A DNA stretch of 64,000 bases. It comes from Barthelona sp. PCE. Lineage: Eukaryota. Below are positions 40,286-50,536 of this stretch, in pieces. Position 1 is the first letter of the stretch. The number at the start of each line of letters is the position of its first letter. The position numbers were made by a program, and so were the translations under genes. The notes beneath the pieces were generated by a model. That model was not told the origin of the DNA. It searched no databases and saw nothing but the letters and a program-made list of their open reading frames with translations. The stretch is taken from contig JAUFOR010000008.1 of assembly GCA_040285745.1 (NCBI GenBank), positions 1,364,001 through 1,428,000 of the forward strand, in the 5' to 3' direction.

Positions 40286-42472
40286 TCAACGAAACGTTGA
40301 AGAACCATCAAAGACCCTAATATTTGCTGAACTATTCGAAACCATAAGCTTTATCCTATTCAGCTTTCTTTTCTTTCGTTTATCAAAATTCCTAGCTGCT
40401 ATATAGAAATAAATGAGTATACAGATCGAAGTGATAATGGAAATACCTGTAATTGAAGCAAAAAAAGCATGATAACCAAACAGCTCATTACAAATCGCAT
40501 CATAATGATTATATATAAAATCATCAACCATATACTGCGATTCTAGGCCAAAATATTCTAAATTATCATCAATCCATGTGCTAAAGATGTCAATACTATT
40601 GTTTAATACATCTAAAATGGGTAATTGCAAAGGGAGGTTATTCAACTCTCTATTCAAGAAGTCAATGAGATCAGGCTTTGCCTCTTCCAATGCCGGTACA
40701 CCATACATATTAATGAAATTGTATCTGTTATTAATAATATCATTCTTTGAGCAGTTAAGATAATGGAGATCAAACTCCCACTCAATAGGCACAAGAGAAA
40801 GAATATGACTGTTATCGTAAACAAACCTGCATGACTGTGTAGAGTATGCTGACAACACCCATCCTGAAGTGAAAACTACAACAAGCAGCAAAAGTACTGT
40901 ATGAGTTAGACACATTGCAATTGGCTTGAGTCTAGAGTTATTACACGTTGCTCCTATAAATAGAAGGCAGCTCATGAGCACACAGAAAAGTAATAAAAAC
41001 CAATACATAAGATTCAAACTGATATAAAACGGAAAGTTCAAATATCGAAACACGTATGACTCTTTATCTTGAATTGTTGCTGTAACTTCTTTTAAAACTT
41101 CATGCACATTCACATATACAGATTTTGCCACTGTATCTGACGTCCGTACCTGGTTTTGTAATATAGAAGATATCTTCGTATCGTCAAATACTTCAACAGC
41201 CTTTAGTACTGTGTTTCCCACCGTTGAAATAGCTTCTGAAAAAGCTGAAAGCGTTTCTATTGCTGGATTCCAAGTTGAAATACTGGAACACCACTGAACA
41301 AACCGCTGATCCTCAGAAGAATTGCTAAAAGCAGCAGTTAAGTCACTAAATGCGGTATCTATATCTTCTGTGCGCTGCGAAATACATGCTGAATCACAGC
41401 CAGTACAAAAAATACTGTCAAAATTCGAAATAGCACCTTGGATAACAGAAAGACCAAGATCTGGGGTATCAATATCATAAATGGATGTCTTAAAGAAGTC
41501 CAGTGCTGATGAAAATGCAGTTGCGTTGATATCAAGCACTGCAGGACAAAGACTAATGGCTACGTTTTCCAAACTCCCTGTGGTGTTATACCAAGCTGTG
41601 ATCTCCTTACTAATGTTCTGAACCATTGCAAAATTAACTTCGTCACATATGCTGCCGTCCTCCAATATGGATAATAAAGTCACTACTGTATCAGAAGGAG
41701 GAGGAAAATTTTCTAAACTAAATTCCGAAGCTATCATTTGAACAACCTCTGCCACTGTATTCATCTGTGACAGTGTGATGTTCATTGATGAATTGTTTTC
41801 AATAAATTGAAAAAAATCTTCAAATACATCTTTAAGCAAATTTAGTGCATTTATAGACCTACTCAAATCCGCAAACTTGAAAGGAGGTGGGCTGCGTAGT
41901 GTTATACATTTGCTGCTACCGTGTAAAACAATATAGAGGATAAAGACAATAAAAATAACAAAGAATCCGAAAAAAACACTTCTGTGGCACTTTGAAGGAT
42001 CTGGTCTATGTACAATGGTTAAAGGGTTCCTCAAACACTTTATCAGCCACGTTGTGAGTACCCAAATCACTGAAAATACTGCGAACAAAGCTGGTATTAG
42101 TAAAAATAATCGTAAATTGAAAATCTCCATTCCAACTCCTGAACCAGTTAAAAATTGAACATACTCCAAAAAGTTGGGTTGCCAGATGCTACGTTCAGTG
42201 TTATCAATAGAATAGTCTTTAAAATTAAACACATCTGTGAATGTTTTGAAAATTGATGTATTAGTAACTGGCAATAACAGTTCATCGATTTTTTCGGTTA
42301 TATTAAAGATATCTGTGTCAACAGAAATCCATTGATTCGATCGATTTGACAATGGAGATAATAAATCCTCAAAAACGCTTTCAATCTCAATTTCAACAAC
42401 AGAAGCTTGTGTTAAAATTTGGCAAAAGCCCAGACAGAGCAAAAATACCTGCCATGAACATGATTTGAACAT
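40286..42472 (-). CDS. 5-TM membrane glycoprotein with prominin-like topology
   Basis: Signal peptide, TM pair, large loop, TM pair, second Cys-containing loop, final TM, basic tail. The family call is tentative. Confidence 0.6.
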   Translation of the reverse strand: MFKSCSWQVFLLCLGFCQILTQASVVEIEIESVFEDLLSPLSNRSNQWISVDTDIFNITEKIDELLLPVTNTSIFKTFTDVFNFKDYSIDNTERSIWQPNFLEYVQFLTGSGVGMEIFNLRLFLLIPALFAVFSVIWVLTTWLIKCLRNPLTIVHRPDPSKCHRSVFFGFFVIFIVFILYIVLHGSSKCITLRSPPPFKFADLSRSINALNLLKDVFEDFFQFIENNSSMNITLSQMNTVAEVVQMIASEFSLENFPPPSDTVVTLLSILEDGSICDEVNFAMVQNISKEITAWYNTTGSLENVAISLCPAVLDINATAFSSALDFFKTSIYDIDTPDLGLSVIQGAISNFDSIFCTGCDSACISQRTEDIDTAFSDLTAAFSNSSEDQRFVQWCSSISTWNPAIETLSAFSEAISTVGNTVLKAVEVFDDTKISSILQNQVRTSDTVAKSVYVNVHEVLKEVTATIQDKESYVFRYLNFPFYISLNLMYWFLLLFCVLMSCLLFIGATCNNSRLKPIAMCLTHTVLLLLVVVFTSGWVLSAYSTQSCRFVYDNSHILSLVPIEWEFDLHYLNCSKNDIINNRYNFINMYGVPALEEAKPDLIDFLNRELNNLPLQLPILDVLNNSIDIFSTWIDDNLEYFGLESQYMVDDFIYNHYDAICNELFGYHAFFASITGISIITSICILIYFYIAARNFDKRKKRKLNRIKLMVSNSSANIRVFDGSSTFR

Positions 42473-42657
42473 TTAATTACATAAAACTAATTATTGAAAA
42501 AGGTTAAAAAAATCAAAATGATCAATTCTTCACAGAACATTTCACACCCATTAAACATCTTGCTTTGTTCATTTAAAAGACGCTGTGTGTGAAAAGATAA
42601 CTAAAAAAAGATAAAATCGGCGCATTTTCACACAGCAAATTCTAAAACTTAGCCAAT

Positions 42658-44784
42658 TTACTCACAATCATTCAAAACTATTCTCCCTCGGTGGTATTCA
42701 TCATATCCAGGCATGTGATACTGCACCACATCAGCCTCTGCAATAAATGAAGGCATATGATACATTTCAACCATCGGACATTCACTCTCAGGGTCTTCTT
42801 CCACGTTGAGAGTGATCAATGACATCATCTTTGTCTCAAAATTATAATCAAATTGCTGATGAATGTTATTAGGGAAACGTTGTTCATCCACAAGATCAGT
42901 TGGAATATCAAGCACATGATTAGATCTAAAACGAGTTTTCAGGTAACCATCCACGACATTCGCCTTAATAACACCATCAACCACTCTTATCCAAGAATCA
43001 CCAACAAAGGAAACGAAAGATTCAGACAGTGTAATAGGCTCAAAGAAAATTTCAGATTCCCAATCCAAACAATATAAATGATGAACAGTCCCACCATCAG
43101 CATCTAAACTCTCAACATTAAACAATTGGCTTTTTGAATCTTCCAAAAAGTACTTAGCTGGAGTAACCCTTATTAAATCTGTAATGTCATACATCATTAC
43201 ATGCTTTTGAATTCGTACATCACCCTCACTCTCATCTAAAAACAAGAAAAAATGTACTGAGCAATCAGTAACAATCACAGCTGTTTGGTTGAAAGAGCTC
43301 CCATCTGCATGGACCAAAAAATCTTCAGGCGGCAATTCCAAAATCTTTGTTTTTCCTAAATATATCTTTGGACCATTAAAGTTATCAACAGCAACGGAGA
43401 CAACCTGCCCCGCTGCAATACCAAAGTACCCATCTCCATCATATAACTCAGTGATGATTGCTGTTGTTGAATTCTCCTCCCAATGTATCTTCAATATTTT
43501 CGGTTCAAAATCTTTCATCACTTCACATATTAAGGAAAATTCTCCGACAGGATTATAACATATTTCAGAATATTTGCATTCATTATGTGCTGCAAAGAAC
43601 ATACCTACATCCCTAACTACAATCATTCGCTTTTCTTTCAAAAAAAAGAAACAATGAGTGCAGTTGTCGTAGTTTCTAGAGTGAAGAACACCGTCAAAAT
43701 AAACTTTCTCCGGAAAAATGCTGGTTAAAAACAATATTTCATTGCTAGACTCTCTCCATTTGAGAACTCCATATGCCCCCGTCACATCACAACCATATAT
43801 AGTGCAATTCTCATAATTGAAGTCATTTAACGATAAATCTATATATTTCCGCTCAGTTATGATTGAGGAAGAACACCCTAATTGTCCTGAAGTGCTTCGC
43901 TGACCATTTTCATCAATCATTACTGCAATACAATTGGTCTCATGAACAAATAATAAGTACATGGAACTCTCTGACAGATGAAAGATAAAAAAATCACTAA
44001 AGTGCCCCTTCAAATAGTGTTTAAGAGATGGAAACCTCTGAAGCAAGTCAACTTGATGACACATGGAATCAACCAACACCAATTTTTCAAAGTTTTCATT
44101 ACCTTTCAAAGCAAAACATGCACAATTTGCATTTCTACAAATGATAGTATCGTGATAATAATAATCCAATGGTGCTATAAACGGTTCATGATTTTCATCA
44201 ATGTCATCTGGTGAAAAATTGTAATGAAACAGCATAGGGTTACCCATCTCATATCTTACCAACACGATATAATCAGAGTTAGATGGATAATACTCATAAT
44301 TACCTAAATATCTGTGCGACATTGATAACATACTTAAAAGATAACACTTTACGACTTCTTCGTCTGGAAAACCAACAGTGAAGAATAGATGGTTATCATC
44401 CAAGGGTTCAAAACCGGTTGATAAATAGCAGTAATCATCATTTAAAATGAAATCAAACTCAAATTCAATGTCAAATTCTGATGAAATATCAACACTATCG
44501 AAGCTGTCAAACAGTTGAATATGAAGACCAATGAGTGTATTCTCATCATCCCTCCTCTGTTCAAAGACAAAATACTTGGTACCATTTCTTGTCTTCTTCT
44601 TAGACCAATTGAAAACTGTATGACTTCCATCAATAATATAACCACAAAAATTCCCATCTATCAGTCTCGTAAGCTCGATATCCTGACAGGATGTCAATCT
44701 TACGCTTTCCCCCTTAAAATACAGTTTTCCCTCTGAAAATGACTTTAAAATCAGGTCATCTTCAAATTTTCGCACCCTTGGCAT
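42658..44784 (-). CDS. Hypothetical protein (708 aa), acidic, aromatic/beta-rich
   Basis: Long ORF with TTTCA just upstream. No motif recognised. Confidence 0.75.
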   Translation of the reverse strand: MPRVRKFEDDLILKSFSEGKLYFKGESVRLTSCQDIELTRLIDGNFCGYIIDGSHTVFNWSKKKTRNGTKYFVFEQRRDDENTLIGLHIQLFDSFDSVDISSEFDIEFEFDFILNDDYCYLSTGFEPLDDNHLFFTVGFPDEEVVKCYLLSMLSMSHRYLGNYEYYPSNSDYIVLVRYEMGNPMLFHYNFSPDDIDENHEPFIAPLDYYYHDTIICRNANCACFALKGNENFEKLVLVDSMCHQVDLLQRFPSLKHYLKGHFSDFFIFHLSESSMYLLFVHETNCIAVMIDENGQRSTSGQLGCSSSIITERKYIDLSLNDFNYENCTIYGCDVTGAYGVLKWRESSNEILFLTSIFPEKVYFDGVLHSRNYDNCTHCFFFLKEKRMIVVRDVGMFFAAHNECKYSEICYNPVGEFSLICEVMKDFEPKILKIHWEENSTTAIITELYDGDGYFGIAAGQVVSVAVDNFNGPKIYLGKTKILELPPEDFLVHADGSSFNQTAVIVTDCSVHFFLFLDESEGDVRIQKHVMMYDITDLIRVTPAKYFLEDSKSQLFNVESLDADGGTVHHLYCLDWESEIFFEPITLSESFVSFVGDSWIRVVDGVIKANVVDGYLKTRFRSNHVLDIPTDLVDEQRFPNNIHQQFDYNFETKMMSLITLNVEEDPESECPMVEMYHMPSFIAEADVVQYHMPGYDEYHRGRIVLNDCE

Positions 44785-44850
44785 AAATAATTTGAAAATA
44801 AAATGGAATAAAAGGTAAAACAGCTACTCTATGCAGCAACAATAGTACTT

Positions 44851-47475
44851 TTATTCGAATGCTAAGTTAGCGTATTCAGGATTCTGCTCATTGGAAGCAA
44901 GCATCTCACTTACAACATCCACGAATGAACAGATCTCAACCTCAACCTGTTCCCTGGTCAAGAGGTTCTTGATGCTAATCGTTCCGTTATCCAGCTCTGT
45001 CTCACCAACAATGATGACAACATCACAGCCCATCTTCGTCGCTGTTGTCATGTCGTCTTTTGTTTTTGAGTTCTTGACCTGTGTGAATTCCGAAGCTATA
45101 CCGGCTTCCCAGAGAAGACCTGTCACCCACATGCGTTTCATGAGGAAGTCATATTTGGTAGACTTGCCCGCCTGTGTGACATACACACGTGTCTGCTTTG
45201 TGCGCAACTTCATATTGTGCTCGATAAGTGTAAAGACACGTTCAATACCGACTGAAAATCCAACAGAGGGGATCTCCTTTGTGCCAAACATACCGATTAA
45301 CCCGTCGTATCGACCACCGCCACCGATGGAGCCAACCAGACCAGTTGCGGATACTGCCTCAAAGATGGGACCAGTGTAGTATGAAAGACCACGGGCAAGG
45401 GACATATCTAAGCGGATGTTTGCGGTTGGGCGCATGCAGATGATGTATTGCATCAGCAATTCAAGTTCGTCCACGGCCTTTCGACCAGCCTCATCGTCGT
45501 AGAGGCGTCCCTCAGCGAGCTCGATTTCCTTCAGTTGGGAAATGACACTCTCGTGTGTACCAGTGACGGCAGCGAAACGTTCAAGCCAAGAACAAACTTC
45601 CTCGGTCAAACCTCGCTCATTGATGAGCTCATCTTTGACTGATTCCCATGGCTCCTTATCGAGCTTGTCGATGGAAGCGCAGACTGCTGCAAACTTCGAC
45701 GAGGGGACACCACAAAGTTCCACTGCCCTTTGGAGCACCATTCTGTGAGAAACCTTAATCCAAAACTCACCAATGGGAAGGTCCGACAACACTTCGTCTG
45801 CCATCACCAAAATCTCTGCATCAGGAACCATAGGAGCGTACTTGCCAGCAATGTCGAGATCGCACTGATAAAATTCACGGTAACGGCCTTTCGACATGTT
45901 GGGCTGATCGCGACGGTACACCTTTGCGATGTGGTACCGCTTGATACGTGATGTGCTAGTAAGGGCGCAATAACGGGCAAAGGGAACCGTCAGGTCATAA
46001 CGGAGTGAACATAACTCACCGCCTTGATCCTCAAGGTTATAAATGAGTTTAGCGCCCTCTTCACCGTACTTGCCCAGTAAGGTCTTACGGAGCTCGAAGA
46101 CTGGGGTATCAATCGGGACAGCACCGTGCTTCTCAAAGGTCTCAGCGATCCTCTTCATTGCGTAGTTACGAATACTCATCTGCTCGGGGCCAAAGTCCCT
46201 GGTTCCCTTAGGGATCTTGGGCCTCTTAGCCTGTTGATCGTTGTCAAACACTGTTTGCAAATCACTGGAAAGAGCTACAAGATCACGGAAGGTAACAGTT
46301 CCTTTCTCAATGATTTTCTTCAACGAACACATGAAGCGCTCGACGTGGACCGATATTTGCCACAACCTCTTCTCCTTCTGGGGCTTACTCAATGACTGCT
46401 CAATTTTTGCTGCAAGATCATCCTTACCCTCCTCGCGAAGGGTCGCGACACGCTGGATCGTTGCTGTTCTCTTCTTCTCGATAGCAATGGCCTGCTTCTC
46501 TGCGAGACCCGACATAATCTTATCGAAATCATTGTAAGCAAATGAAAGCAGCTCGAAGAAAAAGGCATACAATTCTTCAGAACCAAAATCTGTGGAACCT
46601 AAGAATTCTTCGCCTGTCATCAAACGAGAGAGCTCAAACAGAGGAATGGCGTCTAGCATGAACACGTCTGATGTGGCAAATGCTGAGGTGCCTGTGCAAC
46701 TGTTAACATCAATACGCAGCCCAGGTCTGATAGAGGCTAACTTGCTGCGCAACACACCAATGTGCTCCAGGAGACCTGAAAGCCCGTCGATGCGATTCTT
46801 GCTCTTTGGAGTAACCTGCTTGGTTGAATCCAAAGCACACGAGATGTTGCCCAGTGTGGTTGCCATCGAAGCTCGCGTCATGCCGGGGAAGGCGTTATAG
46901 TCGAGGACGCCACTGTTTACGGCCTCCTTGTCCATCTTATACGCAACAAGACCCTCCATAACGCTGACCATAGAAGCTAACACACTGTATTTAACCAATA
47001 ACTGCGCTTTTGCTATGTATCCTGCATCAATTACAAGACGAACGTCCTTGCCGTCGAACAAAACACCTTCCGGGAGCATCTCGTCGATAGAACACATGTT
47101 TCCTTCTCTGTCAACAACAAAAGAACCCGGGCAAGGGAAATCGCACTGAATTTCATTGTTGTTCATGAAGTATGCAGGAACAAAGCCGCTGTTGTACAAA
47201 TCAACGCAGAATTCGATCAGTGTAAGGCGAGGGAGCTTGTTGTGTTGAACAGCAGCACCCAATCCCAAAAGAAATGCAGCTTTGAGTGTTTCAATGTTAA
47301 AAAGTCCAGCTAACACTGTTTCCTCGGATGAGCAGTGCTTTTTGTATGCAAAACGCGGTTTCACAGTTGTGTTGGTAAGTGATTCTAATAAAGAAATATC
47401 CAAAATGATGTTGGCATTCTCGACGACCGCCTGGAACAGGTCTTCGATGATGCGTGTATTCTTATCCAAAAGCAT
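44851..47475 (-). CDS. HARS: Cytosolic histidyl-tRNA synthetase with ~415-aa N-terminal extension
   Basis: PKGTRDF, LRYDLTVPFAR, KVYRRD, GRYREFYQCD, LARGLSYYTG, GGGRYD, GIER, and an anticodon-binding domain. Confidence 0.96.
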   Translation of the reverse strand: MLLDKNTRIIEDLFQAVVENANIILDISLLESLTNTTVKPRFAYKKHCSSEETVLAGLFNIETLKAAFLLGLGAAVQHNKLPRLTLIEFCVDLYNSGFVPAYFMNNNEIQCDFPCPGSFVVDREGNMCSIDEMLPEGVLFDGKDVRLVIDAGYIAKAQLLVKYSVLASMVSVMEGLVAYKMDKEAVNSGVLDYNAFPGMTRASMATTLGNISCALDSTKQVTPKSKNRIDGLSGLLEHIGVLRSKLASIRPGLRIDVNSCTGTSAFATSDVFMLDAIPLFELSRLMTGEEFLGSTDFGSEELYAFFFELLSFAYNDFDKIMSGLAEKQAIAIEKKRTATIQRVATLREEGKDDLAAKIEQSLSKPQKEKRLWQISVHVERFMCSLKKIIEKGTVTFRDLVALSSDLQTVFDNDQQAKRPKIPKGTRDFGPEQMSIRNYAMKRIAETFEKHGAVPIDTPVFELRKTLLGKYGEEGAKLIYNLEDQGGELCSLRYDLTVPFARYCALTSTSRIKRYHIAKVYRRDQPNMSKGRYREFYQCDLDIAGKYAPMVPDAEILVMADEVLSDLPIGEFWIKVSHRMVLQRAVELCGVPSSKFAAVCASIDKLDKEPWESVKDELINERGLTEEVCSWLERFAAVTGTHESVISQLKEIELAEGRLYDDEAGRKAVDELELLMQYIICMRPTANIRLDMSLARGLSYYTGPIFEAVSATGLVGSIGGGGRYDGLIGMFGTKEIPSVGFSVGIERVFTLIEHNMKLRTKQTRVYVTQAGKSTKYDFLMKRMWVTGLLWEAGIASEFTQVKNSKTKDDMTTATKMGCDVVIIVGETELDNGTISIKNLLTREQVEVEICSFVDVVSEMLASNEQNPEYANLAFE

Positions 47476-47543
47476 GGAGTTGAAAAAGGAAGAAATGTAG
47501 ATAATAGCCCCGTTATTCTGTTTTCAACGTATTCGGGCATAAT

Positions 47544-48101
47544 ATGTTATTTTCAAGGGTAGAAACTTCGTCAGAAGAAGAAGATGAGGTTGAGGATATC
47601 AAGATTGAGATAAAGTCCGTTGATCTGAACATCTCAAATTTGGGCAGACCAGATGAACCAAGATCACACAATGGCTCACCTGTGGGCACATCATTGGACG
47701 CCAAAATTGCTCTGTTGGATGTTGATACAGTATCTGAAAGCGAAACCAGCGACGAGAGTGATGGTGAAGATATCTCAATTAAGCTAATTCAACCTGCATT
47801 TAAGCGTGAACACTCGACAAAAAGCCTTAAAAGCGCCTCATCAATTGAATCACTGGTGGAAACAAGAAAAAAGGTGAAGCTCAACTGCATTGGTACGACG
47901 CAACAAGGTATTTTGTTCGTAGAGAATATTGAAACAGTCCTAGATGCACGCAATCAGCTAATTGAGAGTGAAAATCAAAGGAATCAAAACGAGCTAACAC
48001 AGATTCAAGGTATTCTGGATGGAAATCTGAAAAAGGTGAATGGTTTTATTCAAAAGTTGCATAAATCTAATAATATCATAGCTTCTTCCATGGAAATGTA
48101 G
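47544..48101 (+). CDS. Hypothetical acidic protein with C-terminal coiled coil (185 aa)
   Basis: ORF with TTTCA at 47522-47526, divergent from HisRS. Confidence 0.7.
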   Translation: MLFSRVETSSEEEDEVEDIKIEIKSVDLNISNLGRPDEPRSHNGSPVGTSLDAKIALLDVDTVSESETSDESDGEDISIKLIQPAFKREHSTKSLKSASSIESLVETRKKVKLNCIGTTQQGILFVENIETVLDARNQLIESENQRNQNELTQIQGILDGNLKKVNGFIQKLHKSNNIIASSMEM

Positions 48102-48771
48102 AAACTGATTGCACAAAATTGCTCTTTTGATTGTTCTTAATCACATTTGTTTTTCTACTCTCTCCAACACTAGTATGTTTTGTATCTTCAGTAATGTATC
48201 CATGTATGTGCTCTAAGGCAGTGCTTGGAGAATTGGACACAGGTAGCCAAGAATGAGTTTGAGCATTATGATGAAAAAAGATTAATTTGTTTTCTTTTGA
48301 AATTAGTTTTTCAACTTTCAACATATTATTATCATCATATGTGAGTTCATATATCCTCCTCGCGATTGCTTCATCGTCTTCTTCCTTTGATATTCTTAAA
48401 CGGTTCTTTTTATGTCGTGTGTTATACAGTAAATTCCCAATAAACTGAAAACTGTGATCACCTTGTAATTCAGGTGTTTCTGTAGCGTTATTCTTCCGCA
48501 AAAGATATAATATAGTTGTTGGTATCATTATTTTTGAAAAAATTGATGGATTGTGCAAAGAACCATTATACGCAAAAATATTCGCTTGTTGCTTGATAAT
48601 TGGCAGTGAAGACCGTGTTTTGATACGTGGAATGTGTGCATTAATGCGAGCAATGAGCGGTGACGTCACCCTATTGCAGCAAACTGCAATTGTTGTGTTT
48701 TCCAATAACTGACGTCCATTTGCCTTCAAAGCGTACCCGAGAGACTTCCAAAATTTGCCCTTCGTTGTCAT
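48076..48771 (-). CDS. tRNA-splicing endonuclease Sen54-like subunit (divergent)
   Basis: KGKFWKSLGY...NGRQLL resembles the TSEN54 N-terminal GKFWxxxG...GRQxL motif. First in-frame ATG is 48771. Confidence 0.55.
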   Translation of the reverse strand: MTTKGKFWKSLGYALKANGRQLLENTTIAVCCNRVTSPLIARINAHIPRIKTRSSLPIIKQQANIFAYNGSLHNPSIFSKIMIPTTILYLLRKNNATETPELQGDHSFQFIGNLLYNTRHKKNRLRISKEEDDEAIARRIYELTYDDNNMLKVEKLISKENKLIFFHHNAQTHSWLPVSNSPSTALEHIHGYITEDTKHTSVGESRKTNVIKNNQKSNFVQSVSTFPWKKL

Positions 48772-48850
48772 TACAATACTTACTTCATCAAAATGATCAG
48801 AAAAGAGTTGTTTTACGATTTGCAACTTCTTTGTAATTTAAGTTTCATTG

Positions 48851-50200
48851 ATGTTTGAGGATTCAGACCCTATAGCGGTCGAATTCCGATCAAATCTTCG
48901 GGCAACCGACACATCTGCTTCCGATATGCAAACCGATATAATTCACTCAAATAACGTGCTCACACAATGTGAATTTGAGGATAAGGGAATACAAACAGAG
49001 TACGCGGAGCCAATTAACACTACTGCGATTGATAATTATCGCTTCCAAAGTTTGGATGTTATTCATAACATTTTACGACAAGAAAAGGACCCATTGTACG
49101 CAAATTACAGGGCTAATTGGGCACCATACATTGCTTCTTTCAGTTTCACGTCTATAACTCGTCTTTTTGAAGATTTAGACGTTTTAGATTTCGCTACTTC
49201 ACATAACCGACAACGTATTGCGTTAATAAGCGGGGTTTGTGAACACGACGGGTGGTGTTCACATGCTGGAAAACTAGTTATCGTTAGTTCACTATCGTAT
49301 GAGGTCATAAAAGTGGTGGATTTCAGTTGTTGTCTTCTTAGTGTGACATTTCACCCTTTGAATCCAAATATCGTTGTGGTGGGAACATACGAAGGCGATA
49401 TAACTGTAATTGATACATTATCTGAGAATTACATTATTGCAACAACTTCTACAGAGGTTGTTGGTGCGAGAAAACCGGTTGTGTGTTTGCGCTATATCTT
49501 CACTGGAAAGATGTGTTACCTCTTTGCACTCGCGGCAGACGGAAAATTAACGTTATGGGAGCTCGTTGAGCAGAAATTAACGGCTAGAATGTGCTTTTAT
49601 ACACTACCTACTTCAAAACACTCTTTCTCAACAAATTTCGGCTCTTTCATACCTACAACGTTTGACTTCCTTCATAACTCATCTAATATCATTACAACAG
49701 ACGTTCGTGGTCGTTTGCTGAAGTGCAAAACTTCAATCAAATTTGATCCGACCCGTCTGAAGAGCGTAAAGGCAGGCAACCAAATATATACCGGACTGGA
49801 CTCTGTTGGACGTGTACTGCAACATACAGAGTTTTCTAATGCCTTTTGGGCGTATTCTGATCAAGAAATCCATCTTTACAAGATTTCAACTCGCAATCCT
49901 CTCTTTTCGTTCTATCCCAGTGAACAGGTGATCTGTGTTACACAGAGCCTGCATAATCCAGGCCTGGTATTCTTCTCATGTTCGGATTGTACGATAAGGT
50001 GTGTGGATTTCTCAAGGAAAACGAAACATGACATATTGTATACCTTTCTTCACCCTGTAACTCTTCTTTTCTTCAACCCAAACAACAGAAACGTGTTGAT
50101 TTGTGTGACTGCTGATCGTGAGATGCACTATAGCCTTATACCGTCTAGCTTTAGTACACAGATGGATAGTGGCCAGGATTTTGTCGATAATTTCTTATGA
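48851..50200 (+). CDS. WD40 dynein intermediate chain, WDR34/DYNC2I2-like
   Basis: LC8-binding-type DMQTD and KGIQTE motifs, EHDGWCSH, SVTFHP...VVGTYEGDI, and WD repeats. Confidence 0.72.
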   Translation: MFEDSDPIAVEFRSNLRATDTSASDMQTDIIHSNNVLTQCEFEDKGIQTEYAEPINTTAIDNYRFQSLDVIHNILRQEKDPLYANYRANWAPYIASFSFTSITRLFEDLDVLDFATSHNRQRIALISGVCEHDGWCSHAGKLVIVSSLSYEVIKVVDFSCCLLSVTFHPLNPNIVVVGTYEGDITVIDTLSENYIIATTSTEVVGARKPVVCLRYIFTGKMCYLFALAADGKLTLWELVEQKLTARMCFYTLPTSKHSFSTNFGSFIPTTFDFLHNSSNIITTDVRGRLLKCKTSIKFDPTRLKSVKAGNQIYTGLDSVGRVLQHTEFSNAFWAYSDQEIHLYKISTRNPLFSFYPSEQVICVTQSLHNPGLVFFSCSDCTIRCVDFSRKTKHDILYTFLHPVTLLFFNPNNRNVLICVTADREMHYSLIPSSFSTQMDSGQDFVDNFL

Positions 50201-50536
50201 TATAGATGCATCTTTCGCTTCCAAACAGTAAACAATGTATTGAACAGCAAAAAAATGCAATTTGCAAGAAATGATACATGCTTTGTTTTATCTTATTTTA
50301 GACTTTAAAAGTGGTTCCATTTTGACGATAATTGTTATTATTTAGCTTCTTAGGTGGCTAAGATCAAACAATGAGAATAAAAAAATCCCCTGGAAGAAGT
50401 TTTACTGACAAAATCTCTACTTCCTTATACGGTTTTATTGTGGACGAAACACACGTTACTATATTTCAAATATGTTGATTCTCTACTATTGAAGAAAATT
50501 TTGTATAAATTTTTTTACCCATTATAAAGCTTTATA

